DNA of 64,000 bases from Fidelibacterota bacterium (GCA_965212055.1 OZ243041.1:384001-448000), one strand, 5' to 3'. Shown: positions 8,513 through 18,879, counted from the stretch's first letter. Notes: a model not told the origin generated them from the letters alone. Translations and numbers: made by a program.

Positions 8513-9944
8513 GAAAGTTCTGCGCAATATCGCGCAACCAAATAGTGCTATCTTAGGAGAGAAAGTATCAGGGATTACTTCTAATTCAAAAGAGGTCCAA
8601 CCTAACTTTGTTTTTGTTGCGATTCAAGGTATCAATGTCGACGGAAATCAGTTTATTCAAGAAGCGTTAAATAAGGAAGCTGTGTGTGTCATTACTGATT
8701 CAAATGATATAGAAGAAACTGATAGAATTATTAAAGTTGAGAATGCCCGAAAAGCATTAACATGTCTTGCATCAAATTATTATGGAAATCCTGAAAAGCA
8801 TATCAAAACAATTGGAATTACCGGTACAAATGGAAAAACTTCTACTACTTTAATATTAAAAGATATTTTGGAAGCTGATGGTAAAAAAGTTATTCAGGTT
8901 GGAACGTTGGGGGTGATTCCAGATATTACCAATCTAAACCTTTCTCTTACTACTCCAGATTCTATATCTCTTTTCCAAATTTTGCATCATGCGGTTAAAG
9001 AAGAATTTGATTATGCTGTTCTTGAAGTGTCATCTCATGCACTTTCTCAAAATCGAGTGGATAGTATCGCTTTTGATGCTGTGGGATTTACTAATCTTAG
9101 CCTAGATCATTTGGATTATCATAAATCACTAGAAAATTATTTTAATGATAAAAAGAAACTATTTAACCTGATAAAAGACGGTAATAATCCATTAGTATTA
9201 AGTGATAGTAGTTATGGGGAAGATATTTGCAAGGATTATCCAAATTCTAAGAAGATATCTCTAAAAAATGATCAAGCAGACTACTTTTGTACAGCATTTT
9301 CTATTAATCAAGACGGTATTACTGGAACAATGGTTTCAGATAGTTGTTCTTTAGAGATTAATTCAGAATTAAAAGGGAGATACAACCTTGAGAATATTAT
9401 TTTAGCTTCTTCGATTGCATTAGAGCTTGGGGTACAGCCTTCCATTGTTGAAAAAGGGATTAATAATTGTAATTATATTAGTGGAAGACACGAAAGTATA
9501 TCAAAACCAGGATTTCCAGATATTATTGTTGATTATGGGCATACTCCAGATGCTTATGTAAATATATTAAGTTCTTTGAAAGAGATATATCCGAATAAGA
9601 AAATTAAGGTATTGTTTGGTGCGGGTGGTAACAGAGATCAATCCAAACGAACAGAAATGGCTAAAGCGGTTGAACAATTTGCCACCGAATGTTATGTAGT
9701 ACCAGATAATCCAAGATTTGAAAATATCAATGATATTAATAACGATGTGGTAAAAGGATTCTCGAAGGATATATATACAGTATTTGATGATCGTGAAAAA
9801 GGACTATTAATTGCTCTTGAACATTTAGATACCGATGATATTTTAGTTATTTTTGGGAAAGGTAATGAAGAATTTCAAGAGATTAATGGTAAAAAACTTC
9901 ATTATTCTGATAGAAAAATTATAGACAGTTTTTATGCGAGTTGA
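8493..9944 (+). CDS. murE: UDP-MurNAc-dipeptide--meso-DAP ligase
   Basis: GITGTNGKT, LEVSSH, DHLDYH, VDYGHTPD and the DNPR DAP-specificity motif; exact start uncertain. Confidence 0.95.
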   Translation: MIEIVIEKVLRNIAQPNSAILGEKVSGITSNSKEVQPNFVFVAIQGINVDGNQFIQEALNKEAVCVITDSNDIEETDRIIKVENARKALTCLASNYYGNPEKHIKTIGITGTNGKTSTTLILKDILEADGKKVIQVGTLGVIPDITNLNLSLTTPDSISLFQILHHAVKEEFDYAVLEVSSHALSQNRVDSIAFDAVGFTNLSLDHLDYHKSLENYFNDKKKLFNLIKDGNNPLVLSDSSYGEDICKDYPNSKKISLKNDQADYFCTAFSINQDGITGTMVSDSCSLEINSELKGRYNLENIILASSIALELGVQPSIVEKGINNCNYISGRHESISKPGFPDIIVDYGHTPDAYVNILSSLKEIYPNKKIKVLFGAGGNRDQSKRTEMAKAVEQFATECYVVPDNPRFENINDINNDVVKGFSKDIYTVFDDREKGLLIALEHLDTDDILVIFGKGNEEFQEINGKKLHYSDRKIIDSFYAS

Positions 9945-11175
9945 TATTCTAGAAACACAGTTATTTTGCAGATATTTTTCTGATGCAATTGGTAAGAGTG
10001 ATCTTTTGCCAGTAAAGGGGGTTAGTACGGATAGTCGCGATATAAAAAAAGGTGATTTATTCTTAGCAATCAAAGGGGAAAATTTTGATGGATCTGAATT
10101 TGTTAATGAAGCATTTTCCAGTGGAGCAACCTATGCTATTGTTCAATCTGGCGATGAAAATCATAATACTTTCCTTGTTGATGATGTTATATCATTTATT
10201 GGCAAGATTTGTTCTCAATGGATGAATGATTTTGATGGAAATGTTATTGCTGTAACAGGTAGTAACGGAAAGACAACAACAAAAGATCTTATATCTCATA
10301 TTTTAAATAAAAAAGGATACGATGTATCTAAAACACGAGGCAATTTTAATACCTCTATTGGAGTCCCTTTAAGCATATTTTCTTTTCCACATGATGCCTC
10401 CCAAGTTTATGTTTTGGAACTTGGTGCAAATAGAGTGGGAGATATAGAATACTTATCATCAATGGTTAAGCCTGATATAGGTGTTATTACAAATATTTCG
10501 GATGCCCATTTAGAAGGATTTGGTTCAATTGAGAATATTACAAAAGAAAAGAAATCTATTCTTACTCATTCGAAAAAAGGATACTATAACGAAGATATAA
10601 TTGAACCATTCCGAGGTCTTGTTAATCATCCTCTAGGAAAGAACAATGTTTTTCTGAAAAATGCTTCTATTGCTTGTAAAGTGTGTGAAGACTTTATATC
10701 AGAAGGGGATTCAGTGAGATTTGATGAACTATTACAAGATTTTACTTTGCCAAAAGGTAGAGGAGAAGCATGTCTTTTATCCAACAATATTACTTTAATA
10801 GATGATGCATACAATGCAAATCCAGAATCTGTGAAAGCTGCTATTGATAACCTTCAGAGTTATCAAACTGAGGGTAAAAAGATTTTTGTGTTTGGCGATA
10901 TGAAAGAATTAGGAAAAGATGAAGTAAAATTTCATGAAGAGATTGCCAATTATTGTGAGGAAAAGATTGATACTATTATTTGTTATGGAGATTTAGCAAA
11001 AAATACTTTTAATGGTAGTAAAAACATTCCGTTAAGTTTACATTTCAACAGTAAAGAAGCCCTTTCTAATAAGGTTTGTAATTTGTTGGAAAAAAATGAT
11101 ATTGTTTTACTAAAAGGTTCACGAAGTATGGGGTTAGATTCGGTAGCAGAAGATATTAAAAATTATGTTCAATGA
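9934..11175 (+). CDS. murF: UDP-MurNAc-tripeptide--D-Ala-D-Ala ligase
   Basis: AVTGSNGKTTTK, DDAYNANPES, GDMKELG, LLKGSR. Confidence 0.95.
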   Translation: MRVDILETQLFCRYFSDAIGKSDLLPVKGVSTDSRDIKKGDLFLAIKGENFDGSEFVNEAFSSGATYAIVQSGDENHNTFLVDDVISFIGKICSQWMNDFDGNVIAVTGSNGKTTTKDLISHILNKKGYDVSKTRGNFNTSIGVPLSIFSFPHDASQVYVLELGANRVGDIEYLSSMVKPDIGVITNISDAHLEGFGSIENITKEKKSILTHSKKGYYNEDIIEPFRGLVNHPLGKNNVFLKNASIACKVCEDFISEGDSVRFDELLQDFTLPKGRGEACLLSNNITLIDDAYNANPESVKAAIDNLQSYQTEGKKIFVFGDMKELGKDEVKFHEEIANYCEEKIDTIICYGDLAKNTFNGSKNIPLSLHFNSKEALSNKVCNLLEKNDIVLLKGSRSMGLDSVAEDIKNYVQ

Positions 11176-12268
11176 ACTATTAGATCCGTTAAAAAATTTA
11201 CTTCAATATATCACATTTAGTGCAGGAGCAAGTGCGATTTTTGCACTTTTGATTAGTTTTATTTTTGGTCCAATTATTGTTCGAAATCTTACAAGGCTTC
11301 AAATTGGAGAATCGATCACAGATCATGGCCCAGAGAGCCATCATGAAAAAAAGGGAACACCAACCATGGGCGGTGTTCTTATCATTGTCGCTACAATAAT
11401 ACCTACCTTGATATTCGCAGATATAAGTAATCTGTTTATACAAATTATTTGTATTTCAATGCTTTGGATGGGTTGTGTTGGTTTTTACGATGATTATTTA
11501 AAATCTATCAAGAAAAAAGATGGAGGTTTGGCTGGACGTTACAAATTAATTGCCCAATCTATGCTTGGTATTTTTATCTCATTTATGATCATTAATTCTG
11601 GTGCTTATATTGCTGAAGGCATAGATAAGACTTATTTCACCTTTGTTCCATTTTTAAAGTATGTTTCAATTGATTTTCTTAATCCATTCATTTACACATT
11701 ATTCATTATTCTTGTTGTATCTGCAACATCTAATGCTGTGAATCTAACAGACGGACTTGATGGGTTGGCTACAGGATTGCTTGCTATATCTGTAAGTGTA
11801 TTTGGAGTGTTGTCTTATATATCTGGCAGAGTTGATTTTTCTGACTATCTAAATATTACCTATATACCAATGGCAGGTGAATTAACAATTTTTGCAGCTG
11901 CTCTTTTTGGAGGTTGTCTTGGATTTTTATGGTTTAATGCAAGGCCAGCATTAATTTTTATGGGAGATGTTGGTTCTTTGTCTATGGGTGCTGCGTTAGG
12001 AACATTAGCAATACTACTGAAAAAGGAACTTTTGTTGATTATTGTTGGTGGAGTTTTTGTTTTGGAAGCTTTGTCAGTAATATTCCAGGTAGTATATCAT
12101 AGGTGGACCAAAAAGAAATATGGAAAACCAAAAAAATTATTTTTAATGGCACCACTTCATCACCATTTTGAATTAAAAGGCTGGCCTGAATCAAGAGTGG
12201 TGGTACGTTTCTGGTTACTTGGAATTTTCTTTGCGTTATTATCTCTTACAACCTTTAAAATTTTATAG
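11165..12268 (+). CDS. mraY: Phospho-MurNAc-pentapeptide transferase
   Basis: KKGTPTMGG, NAVNLTDGLDGL, FMGDVGS, MAPLHHHFE. Confidence 0.97.
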   Translation: MFNELLDPLKNLLQYITFSAGASAIFALLISFIFGPIIVRNLTRLQIGESITDHGPESHHEKKGTPTMGGVLIIVATIIPTLIFADISNLFIQIICISMLWMGCVGFYDDYLKSIKKKDGGLAGRYKLIAQSMLGIFISFMIINSGAYIAEGIDKTYFTFVPFLKYVSIDFLNPFIYTLFIILVVSATSNAVNLTDGLDGLATGLLAISVSVFGVLSYISGRVDFSDYLNITYIPMAGELTIFAAALFGGCLGFLWFNARPALIFMGDVGSLSMGAALGTLAILLKKELLLIIVGGVFVLEALSVIFQVVYHRWTKKKYGKPKKLFLMAPLHHHFELKGWPESRVVVRFWLLGIFFALLSLTTFKIL

Positions 12269-12270
12269 AC

Positions 12271-14001
12271 GTGAGAAGAAAAACTGTTAATGTTCAAGTT
12301 GGGGATATGATGATTGGTAGTGATTATCCTATTAGAACACAATCAATGACCACTGTTTCAACTTTAGATACAGATGCAAGCGTTGATCAAGCCATTAGAA
12401 TTATCAATGCAGGTGGGGAAATAGTTCGATTTACTGCTCCCAATATTAAAGAAGCTGAAAATCTAGAAAATATTAAGAACATTTTAAGAAAGAAGGGATA
12501 TAATGCTCCCTTAGTTGCAGATATTCATTTTACACCCAATGCAGCAATTACTGCCGCAAAAATTGTCGAAAAAGTTAGAATTAATCCTGGTAATTATGTG
12601 GATCGTAAGAAATTTGAGATAAAAGAATATGATGATAAGACATATAATAATGAATTACTCAAAATTGAAGAACGTTTCGTTCCTTTGCTAGAAGTATGTA
12701 AAAAACACAATACTGCTATGAGAATAGGGACAAATCATGGTTCTTTATCAGATAGAATAATGAATCGATTTGGAGATACGCCTCTTGGTATGGTTGAATC
12801 TGCATTAGAATTTCTAAGAATTTGTAATCAACATAATTTTGATCAGGTTGTTTTATCGATGAAATCAAGTAATCCATTGGTAATGGTGCATGCATATCGT
12901 TTATTGGTCCAAAAAATGGATGAAGAAAATATGTATTTCCCATTACATCTTGGTGTAACAGAAGCAGGAGATGGAATTGATGGTAGGATAAAATCATCTT
13001 TAGGAATTGGTTCATTGCTTAATGACGGTATTGGTGATACAATTAGAGTATCTCTTACTGAAGAGCCAGAATTTGAAATACCTTCTGCTAAAAAGATTAT
13101 TGATAAAATTGAAATATCTAATCCAATTAGTAGTAATGATTCAAGGCTATCAAGTTACCAAAAAAGAATTACTTCAAAGATACTCAATATTGGGGGAGAT
13201 AGTGTTCCGGTTGTTATATCTAACTCTAATGTGTTGTTTGAAGGAAATGGCCCTGATTATTTTTATGAAGAACACTTGATAAGTCATAAAAATGAAAAAT
13301 TTCCTTATTTTCCTTCGCTTAAAGAATATCGCCAATCAGAACATAAATCTGATGTAATCAATTTTGTCTCTTTAAATAAAGAAACTATTACTAATTCTAT
13401 TATTAGTTCTATGCCTACGAATGTTGTATTTGTCTTTGATTTTGACAATAGCGTAGCTGATTTTAGATATATTTTCAATTTTTTTGAGGAACAAGATATT
13501 GCTAACCCTGTCTTATTTAAAAAGAATTATGAAGAAGAAGATTTTGAAAAACTATGTATTGATGCATCAATAGATTTTGGAACTATGTTGTTAGAAGGAA
13601 TGGGAAACGGTTTGTGGTTACATTCTGATATTCACCAAGATAGAATTAATGAACTTAGTTTTTCTATTCTTCAAAATACAAGGACAAGAATTTTCAAAAC
13701 TGACTATATTTCTTGTCCATCTTGTGGAAGAACAAAGTTTGATCTTCAAGAGACGACAGCATTAGTAAAAGAGAAAACAAATCACCTAAAACAGTTAAAA
13801 ATAGCTGTAATGGGATGTATTGTAAATGGTCCTGGTGAGATGGCAGATGCTGATTATGGATATGTTGGGTCAGGTAAAGGAGTAATTTCTCTCTATAAAG
13901 GAAAAGATTTAATTAAGAGGAATATTTCAAGTAAAGATGCAGTTGATGAGTTAGTTAACTTAATTAAAGCAAATAATGACTGGATTGAGCCTTCAATTTA
14001 A
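12271..14001 (+). CDS. ispG: HMBPP synthase (long form with an inserted domain)
   Basis: PLVADIHF, RINPGN, RIGTNHGSL, PLHLGVTEAG; 4Fe-4S ligands CPSCGR and MGCIVNGPGE; GTG start. Confidence 0.96.
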   Translation: MRRKTVNVQVGDMMIGSDYPIRTQSMTTVSTLDTDASVDQAIRIINAGGEIVRFTAPNIKEAENLENIKNILRKKGYNAPLVADIHFTPNAAITAAKIVEKVRINPGNYVDRKKFEIKEYDDKTYNNELLKIEERFVPLLEVCKKHNTAMRIGTNHGSLSDRIMNRFGDTPLGMVESALEFLRICNQHNFDQVVLSMKSSNPLVMVHAYRLLVQKMDEENMYFPLHLGVTEAGDGIDGRIKSSLGIGSLLNDGIGDTIRVSLTEEPEFEIPSAKKIIDKIEISNPISSNDSRLSSYQKRITSKILNIGGDSVPVVISNSNVLFEGNGPDYFYEEHLISHKNEKFPYFPSLKEYRQSEHKSDVINFVSLNKETITNSIISSMPTNVVFVFDFDNSVADFRYIFNFFEEQDIANPVLFKKNYEEEDFEKLCIDASIDFGTMLLEGMGNGLWLHSDIHQDRINELSFSILQNTRTRIFKTDYISCPSCGRTKFDLQETTALVKEKTNHLKQLKIAVMGCIVNGPGEMADADYGYVGSGKGVISLYKGKDLIKRNISSKDAVDELVNLIKANNDWIEPSI

Positions 14002-14014
14002 ATTTGTCATTATC

Positions 14015-14043
14015 TTGACGAAGTAAACTTTTATTAGTAATCT
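14015..14043 (+). promoter_or_regulatory. Putative sigma70-type promoter for mscS
   Basis: TTGACG-17 nt-TAATCT, ending 6 nt before the ATG. Confidence 0.4.
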
Positions 14044-14049
14044 ACCCCC

Positions 14050-15108
14050 ATGGATACAGAAATATCTTATTTAGAGTGGCTAGAGCCTTATTTAGAGTGG
14101 CTAGAGCCTGTTTTAACCGTTGTGATCGGTGTATGTATAGGTTTCTTATTTAAAACCTATCTATTTAGCAGATTAAAGAGTTTTTCTGATAAAACATCTT
14201 TTAAAGGAGATGATGTTGTCATAAATGCATTTAATTCTATGATAGTATTTTGGTTCTTCTTAGCCTCTTTATCAATTGCACTTAATAATGTTGAGCTTGG
14301 AGATCCTTACAATGTTTACGCATCTCAATTAATATTTGCATTTTTAGTCATTTCAATAAGTTTAACCGCTTCAAAAATAGTTTTAGGAATGTTAGATGTG
14401 TGGTCAAAGAATAATAATTCACTTCCGTCTACTGGTATTTTTAAAGGATTAATTAATGTTTCTATTTTTTCACTTGCATTCCTAGTGGTTCTTCAATCAT
14501 TTGGTATCTCTATTACTCCTCTTTTAACTGCATTGGGAGTAGGTGGTTTAGCTGTATCTTTAGCACTTAAAGATACCCTTTCTGATTTATTTGGTGGAAT
14601 TAATATCCTCTTAAGTAAGACTATGAAGGAAGGAGATTATGTTGAGTTAAGTAATGGATATCAAGGGTATGTTAAAAACATTGGATGGAGATATACCACT
14701 ATACAAGAAAGAGCAAATAATGTAATATCAATTCCAAATTCTGTTCTTTCTGGGTCTGTATCAAAAAATTATACTTCAATGGACGCAGCTTTTAGAGTTC
14801 CTATACAGGTAGGAGTTTCTTATGATAGCGACTTAGATCATGTAGAAAGAATAGCTCTTGAAGTAGCAGGAAATATTTACAATGAATTAGATTGTGTTAG
14901 TAAGGATTATAAGCCAACAATTCGATTTAGAGAATTTGCTGCCTCAAGTATTAATTTCTTTATTTATTTTCAAGGAAAGAAATTTGGAGATCATAATGTT
15001 ATTTTGAATGCATTTATTAAGAAGCTTCATAAGCGTTTCCAACAAGAGAATATTGAAATTCCATATCCAATTCGTACCGTTATTCACAAGAATGAAAATA
15101 AGAATTAA
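14050..15108 (+). CDS. Small-conductance mechanosensitive channel (MscS family)
   Basis: LGVGGLAVSLALKDTLSD TM3 motif, IGWRYT, IPNS, IEIPYP. Confidence 0.93.
   Translation: MDTEISYLEWLEPYLEWLEPVLTVVIGVCIGFLFKTYLFSRLKSFSDKTSFKGDDVVINAFNSMIVFWFFLASLSIALNNVELGDPYNVYASQLIFAFLVISISLTASKIVLGMLDVWSKNNNSLPSTGIFKGLINVSIFSLAFLVVLQSFGISITPLLTALGVGGLAVSLALKDTLSDLFGGINILLSKTMKEGDYVELSNGYQGYVKNIGWRYTTIQERANNVISIPNSVLSGSVSKNYTSMDAAFRVPIQVGVSYDSDLDHVERIALEVAGNIYNELDCVSKDYKPTIRFREFAASSINFFIYFQGKKFGDHNVILNAFIKKLHKRFQQENIEIPYPIRTVIHKNENKN
14066..14107 (+). repeat. Perfect 21-nt tandem duplication (YLEWLEP x2)
   Basis: CTTATTTAGAGTGGCTAGAGC twice in tandem. Confidence 0.95.
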
Positions 15109-15529
15109 ACCTTTTAACGATAAAGCAAAAGCTTTATATGAAAACCATTCTCATTTTCATCAAGGAGATGCTGGTTTAGATTTATTTGTAATAGATGATC
15201 AAGTAATTCCTGGAAACTCTTCTCAACCAATTCATTTGCAGGTCGCTTGTGAAAATTTAGATAATAAAGCTTATTACTTATTTCCACGATCTAGTATTTC
15301 CAAAACCCCATTACGGTTAGCTAATTCAATTGGATTAATTGATGCAGGTTATAGAGGAGAATTGGTTGGAATGGTTGATAATATATACCCTGAAGATTAT
15401 GAGATTAAACAAGGAGAAAGATACTTTCAGTTGGTAGCTGTAGATAGTTCTCCGATAGAATTTGAGTTAGTAGATGAATTATCAGATAGTGATCGCGGAG
15501 AAGGTGGTTTTGGCAGTACAGGGAAGTGA
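15092..15529 (+). CDS. dut: Trimeric dUTP diphosphatase
   Basis: Motifs AGLDL, PRSS, GLIDAGYRGE, QLV, RGEGGFGSTG; start moved to ATG 15092. Confidence 0.95.
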   Translation: MKIRIKPFNDKAKALYENHSHFHQGDAGLDLFVIDDQVIPGNSSQPIHLQVACENLDNKAYYLFPRSSISKTPLRLANSIGLIDAGYRGELVGMVDNIYPEDYEIKQGERYFQLVAVDSSPIEFELVDELSDSDRGEGGFGSTGK

Positions 15530-15600
15530 TTCCAAATTTGTTTGATATTGTTGTTTATTAATATTAAGATTCCAAGCGCAAAATTAATAATGGAGGAAAA

Positions 15601-15900
15601 ATGTCTTTAAATATAAAACCGTTAGATGATCGTGTTGTTGTAGAGCCATTAGCTGCAGATGAAAAGACTGCTAGTGGGATTATTCTACCTGATACAGCAC
15701 AAGAAAAACCTCAACAAGGAACAGTTGTTGTTGTCGGTCCAGGTAAGGCATGTGATAAAGAGACTTGTACCTGTGTCACTCCAATGAGCGTTAAAAAAGG
15801 GGATAAAGTTTTATATGGAAAATATTCTGGTACTGAAATTGTCCATGAAGGCAAGGAATTGCTTATTATGAGAGAAACTGATATTCTAGCAGTACTTTAA
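15601..15900 (+). CDS. groES: Co-chaperonin GroES
   Basis: [32 protein letters not shown]. Confidence 0.98.
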   Translation: MSLNIKPLDDRVVVEPLAADEKTASGIILPDTAQEKPQQGTVVVVGPGKACDKETCTCVTPMSVKKGDKVLYGKYSGTEIVHEGKELLIMRETDILAVL

Positions 15901-15910
15901 GGAGGATTAA

Positions 15911-17551
15911 ATGTCTAAAGAAATCGCATATGATATAAAAGCACGTGCAACATTAAAAAAAGGTGTAGATAAATTGGCAAATGCTGTTAGGGTTACTTTA
16001 GGACCTAAAGGGCGAAATGTCGTTATTGAGAAAAAATTTGGTTCACCTACTATCACCAAAGATGGTGTAACAGTTGCAAAAGAAATTGATTTAGAAGACC
16101 AACTCGAAAATGTTGGTGCACAAATGTTAAAGGAAGTTGCTTCAAAAACTTCTGATATTGCCGGAGACGGTACAACTACTGCTACAGTTTTGGCCCAATC
16201 GATTATTGCTGAAGGATTAAAAAATGTTACAGCTGGTGCTAATCCAATGGAAATTAAAAAAGGCATTGATTTAGCAAAAAATAATGTAATTGAATTTCTT
16301 TCAAAAATATCAAAAGATATTCCTGACTCAAATCAAATTGCACAAGTTGCTACTATTTCAGCTAATGATGATCAAGAAATTGGATCAAAAATTGCTGAAG
16401 CAATGGATAAAGTAGGAAAAGATGGCGTAATTACAGTTGAAGAATCTAAGACCGCCGAAACATATCTTGAATTTGTAGAAGGTATGCAATTTGACAGAGG
16501 GTATCTTTCTCCATATTTTGTGACTAATTCTGATTCAATGGAAGCCGATTTAGAAGATCCATATGTTTTAGTTCATGATAAAAAGATTAGTAATATGAAA
16601 GATTTATTACCATTACTTGAAAAAGTTGTTCAAGCTGGTAAACCTATTCTTATTATTGCAGAAGATATTGAAGGAGAAGCACTTGCAACTCTAGTTGTGA
16701 ATAAATTAAGAGGAACATTTAAAGTGCTTGCAGTTAAAGCTCCTGGTTTTGGTGATAGAAGAAAAGCAATGCTCGAAGATATTGCCATTCTAACTGGAGC
16801 AACTGTTATATCTGAAGAACAAGGATATAAATTAGAAAATGCTACACTAGAATATCTAGGATCTTGTAAGAAAGTCGTTAGTGATAAAGACAATACAACT
16901 CTTGTGAATGGTAGTGGAGGAAAGAATGCTATTAAAGCTAGAGTTAATGAGATTAGAGTTCAGATTGAAAAGACAACTTCTGATTATGATAAAGAAAAAC
17001 TACAAGAAAGACTTGCAAAATTATCTGGTGGTGTTGCCGTATTAAATGTTGGTGCAGCTACCGAAGTTGAAATGAAAGAAAAGAAAGCAAGGGTTGACGA
17101 TGCATTACATGCTACTAGAGCTGCTGTTGAAGAAGGTATTGTTGCTGGAGGCGGAGTAGCTTTGTTAAGGGCAAGTCTACAACTTGATAGTATAAAAGCA
17201 ACGGCCAGCGAAAAAGTTGGAGTTGATATCATGAAACGTGCTTTGGAAGGTCCAATTAGACAAATTTGTGAAAATGCTGGACTTGAATCATCTATTATAG
17301 TTCAAAAAGTTCTTGAAGGGAAAGATGATTTTGGATTTGATGCCAGAGATGAGAAATATGTTAATATGTTTAAAGCTGGAATTATTGATCCTGCAAAAGT
17401 TGCAAGGGTTGCGGTTGAAAATGCCGCATCAATTTCTGGATTGCTTTTGACTACAGAGGCAGCAATTACTGAAAAACCTGAACCAGATACACCAATGCCT
17501 GCCGGCGGGGCGCCTGATATGGGTATGGGCGGCATGGGCGGCATGATGTAG
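15911..17551 (+). CDS. groEL: Chaperonin GroEL
   Basis: [20 protein letters not shown]-repeat C-terminus. Confidence 0.99.
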   Translation: MSKEIAYDIKARATLKKGVDKLANAVRVTLGPKGRNVVIEKKFGSPTITKDGVTVAKEIDLEDQLENVGAQMLKEVASKTSDIAGDGTTTATVLAQSIIAEGLKNVTAGANPMEIKKGIDLAKNNVIEFLSKISKDIPDSNQIAQVATISANDDQEIGSKIAEAMDKVGKDGVITVEESKTAETYLEFVEGMQFDRGYLSPYFVTNSDSMEADLEDPYVLVHDKKISNMKDLLPLLEKVVQAGKPILIIAEDIEGEALATLVVNKLRGTFKVLAVKAPGFGDRRKAMLEDIAILTGATVISEEQGYKLENATLEYLGSCKKVVSDKDNTTLVNGSGGKNAIKARVNEIRVQIEKTTSDYDKEKLQERLAKLSGGVAVLNVGAATEVEMKEKKARVDDALHATRAAVEEGIVAGGGVALLRASLQLDSIKATASEKVGVDIMKRALEGPIRQICENAGLESSIIVQKVLEGKDDFGFDARDEKYVNMFKAGIIDPAKVARVAVENAASISGLLLTTEAAITEKPEPDTPMPAGGAPDMGMGGMGGMM

Positions 17552-18057
17552 TGAACGAAAAAGTTTATTTATCCATTGGATCTAATCTTGGTGATAAAGA
17601 ATCAAATATCGCTTCTTCTATTGCGATGCTAGGTTCACATGTAGAAAATAAAAATATAAGAACATCTTCCTTTTACACTTCAGACCCCCTTTATAATAAA
17701 GATCAACCTATTTTCATTAATATTGTTATAGAGCTTGATACAACTTTTTCTCCATTCCAGTTCTTAGATAAGATTCATGATATAGAAAAAATGTTAGGTA
17801 GAAAATTACCTAGAAAGAAAAACCAACCTAGAACCATCGATATTGATATAGTTTTATTTGGTGACTCTTTTATTGAGACAGAAGAACTTACAATTCCCCA
17901 TCCGCATGCATTATTACGTAAATTTGTCTTAATTCCTTTGGCTGAATTAATTCCCGAAGAAATTTTTCCTGGTACAAACTATAAGATTGTTGATTTATTG
18001 AAGAATTGTCCTGATACTTCAAGAGTGTCTAAACATTTAATCGAAAAAAACGCATGA
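17551..18057 (+). CDS. folK: 2-amino-4-hydroxy-6-hydroxymethyldihydropteridine diphosphokinase
   Basis: YLSIGSNLG, PRTIDIDI, LTIPHP. Confidence 0.95.
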   Translation: MNEKVYLSIGSNLGDKESNIASSIAMLGSHVENKNIRTSSFYTSDPLYNKDQPIFINIVIELDTTFSPFQFLDKIHDIEKMLGRKLPRKKNQPRTIDIDIVLFGDSFIETEELTIPHPHALLRKFVLIPLAELIPEEIFPGTNYKIVDLLKNCPDTSRVSKHLIEKNA

Positions 18058-18689
18058 TAGAATCGTATATAGCAATTGAAGGACCAATCGGAGTTGGAAA
18101 AACAAGTTTAGCGGAAATCATTGCTGATAAATTAAACACAAGAAAAGTATTGGAGAAGTTCAAAGACAATCCTTTTCTAGAAGGTTTTTATGATGATCCT
18201 GATGCAAATGCTTTTCAAACTCAAGTTTTTTTCTTATTGCAGAGATATCAACAGCAACAAAAAGAGATTAGACAGCTAAATGCGCTCCAAAAAGGAGTTG
18301 TTACCGATTATATGTTTGAGAAAGATCGTTTATTTGCAAGTTTTACACTAAAATCTCAAGCTGAAGATGAGTTGTATGGTCATGTTGCGGATATTCTTGA
18401 AAAAGATGTTGTCAAACCCGATCTTGTTGTTTACTTGCAAGCTGATACATCTAGATTAATGAAAAATATCAAAAAACGTGGTAGAGAATTTGAAAAGGAT
18501 GTAACATTTGATTATATCGATGTAGTCAATCAAAAATATCAAGAATTTTTTGTTAATTATGAAGATACCCCTTTATTAATTATTAATACTAATAATATTG
18601 ATTTTGTAGAAAATGTGGAAGATTTGAAGGAATTATTAGATGTTATTCAAAAACCTATACAAGGAACCAAGTATTTTAATCCAGCTTAA
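18054..18689 (+). CDS. Deoxynucleoside kinase (dAK/dGK family)
   Basis: IAIEGPIGVGKT, NPFL..FY, PDLVVYL, RGR. Confidence 0.92.
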   Translation: MIESYIAIEGPIGVGKTSLAEIIADKLNTRKVLEKFKDNPFLEGFYDDPDANAFQTQVFFLLQRYQQQQKEIRQLNALQKGVVTDYMFEKDRLFASFTLKSQAEDELYGHVADILEKDVVKPDLVVYLQADTSRLMKNIKKRGREFEKDVTFDYIDVVNQKYQEFFVNYEDTPLLIINTNNIDFVENVEDLKELLDVIQKPIQGTKYFNPA

Positions 18690-18699
18690 ATAAATAGAA

Positions 18700-18879
18700 A
18701 TGAAAACTCTTTTATTATTAACTTTACTTTTTTACAAAAGATTTTACAGATTTTACAGAAGATTTAAGTCTTATTTATCAAAATCTTCTAAGAATGATAT
18801 AGTATCAGATAAGAAAATAACTAAAGTTAATTATGACAAAGTGCGTGATGCAGATTTTGAGGATTTGGATGAACAATAA
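18700..18879 (+). CDS. Small hypothetical protein, 59 aa (below the ORF-track cut-off)
   Basis: MKTLLLLTLLFYKRFYRFYRRFK...VRDADFEDLDEQ; fills the gap and overlaps the next start. Confidence 0.6.
   Translation: MKTLLLLTLLFYKRFYRFYRRFKSYLSKSSKNDIVSDKKITKVNYDKVRDADFEDLDEQ

Noticed and set aside
15530..15600. CIRCE element before groES
   Set aside because: No TTAGCACTC-N9-GAGTGCTAA is present; only a possible TTGATA-17-TAAGAT promoter.
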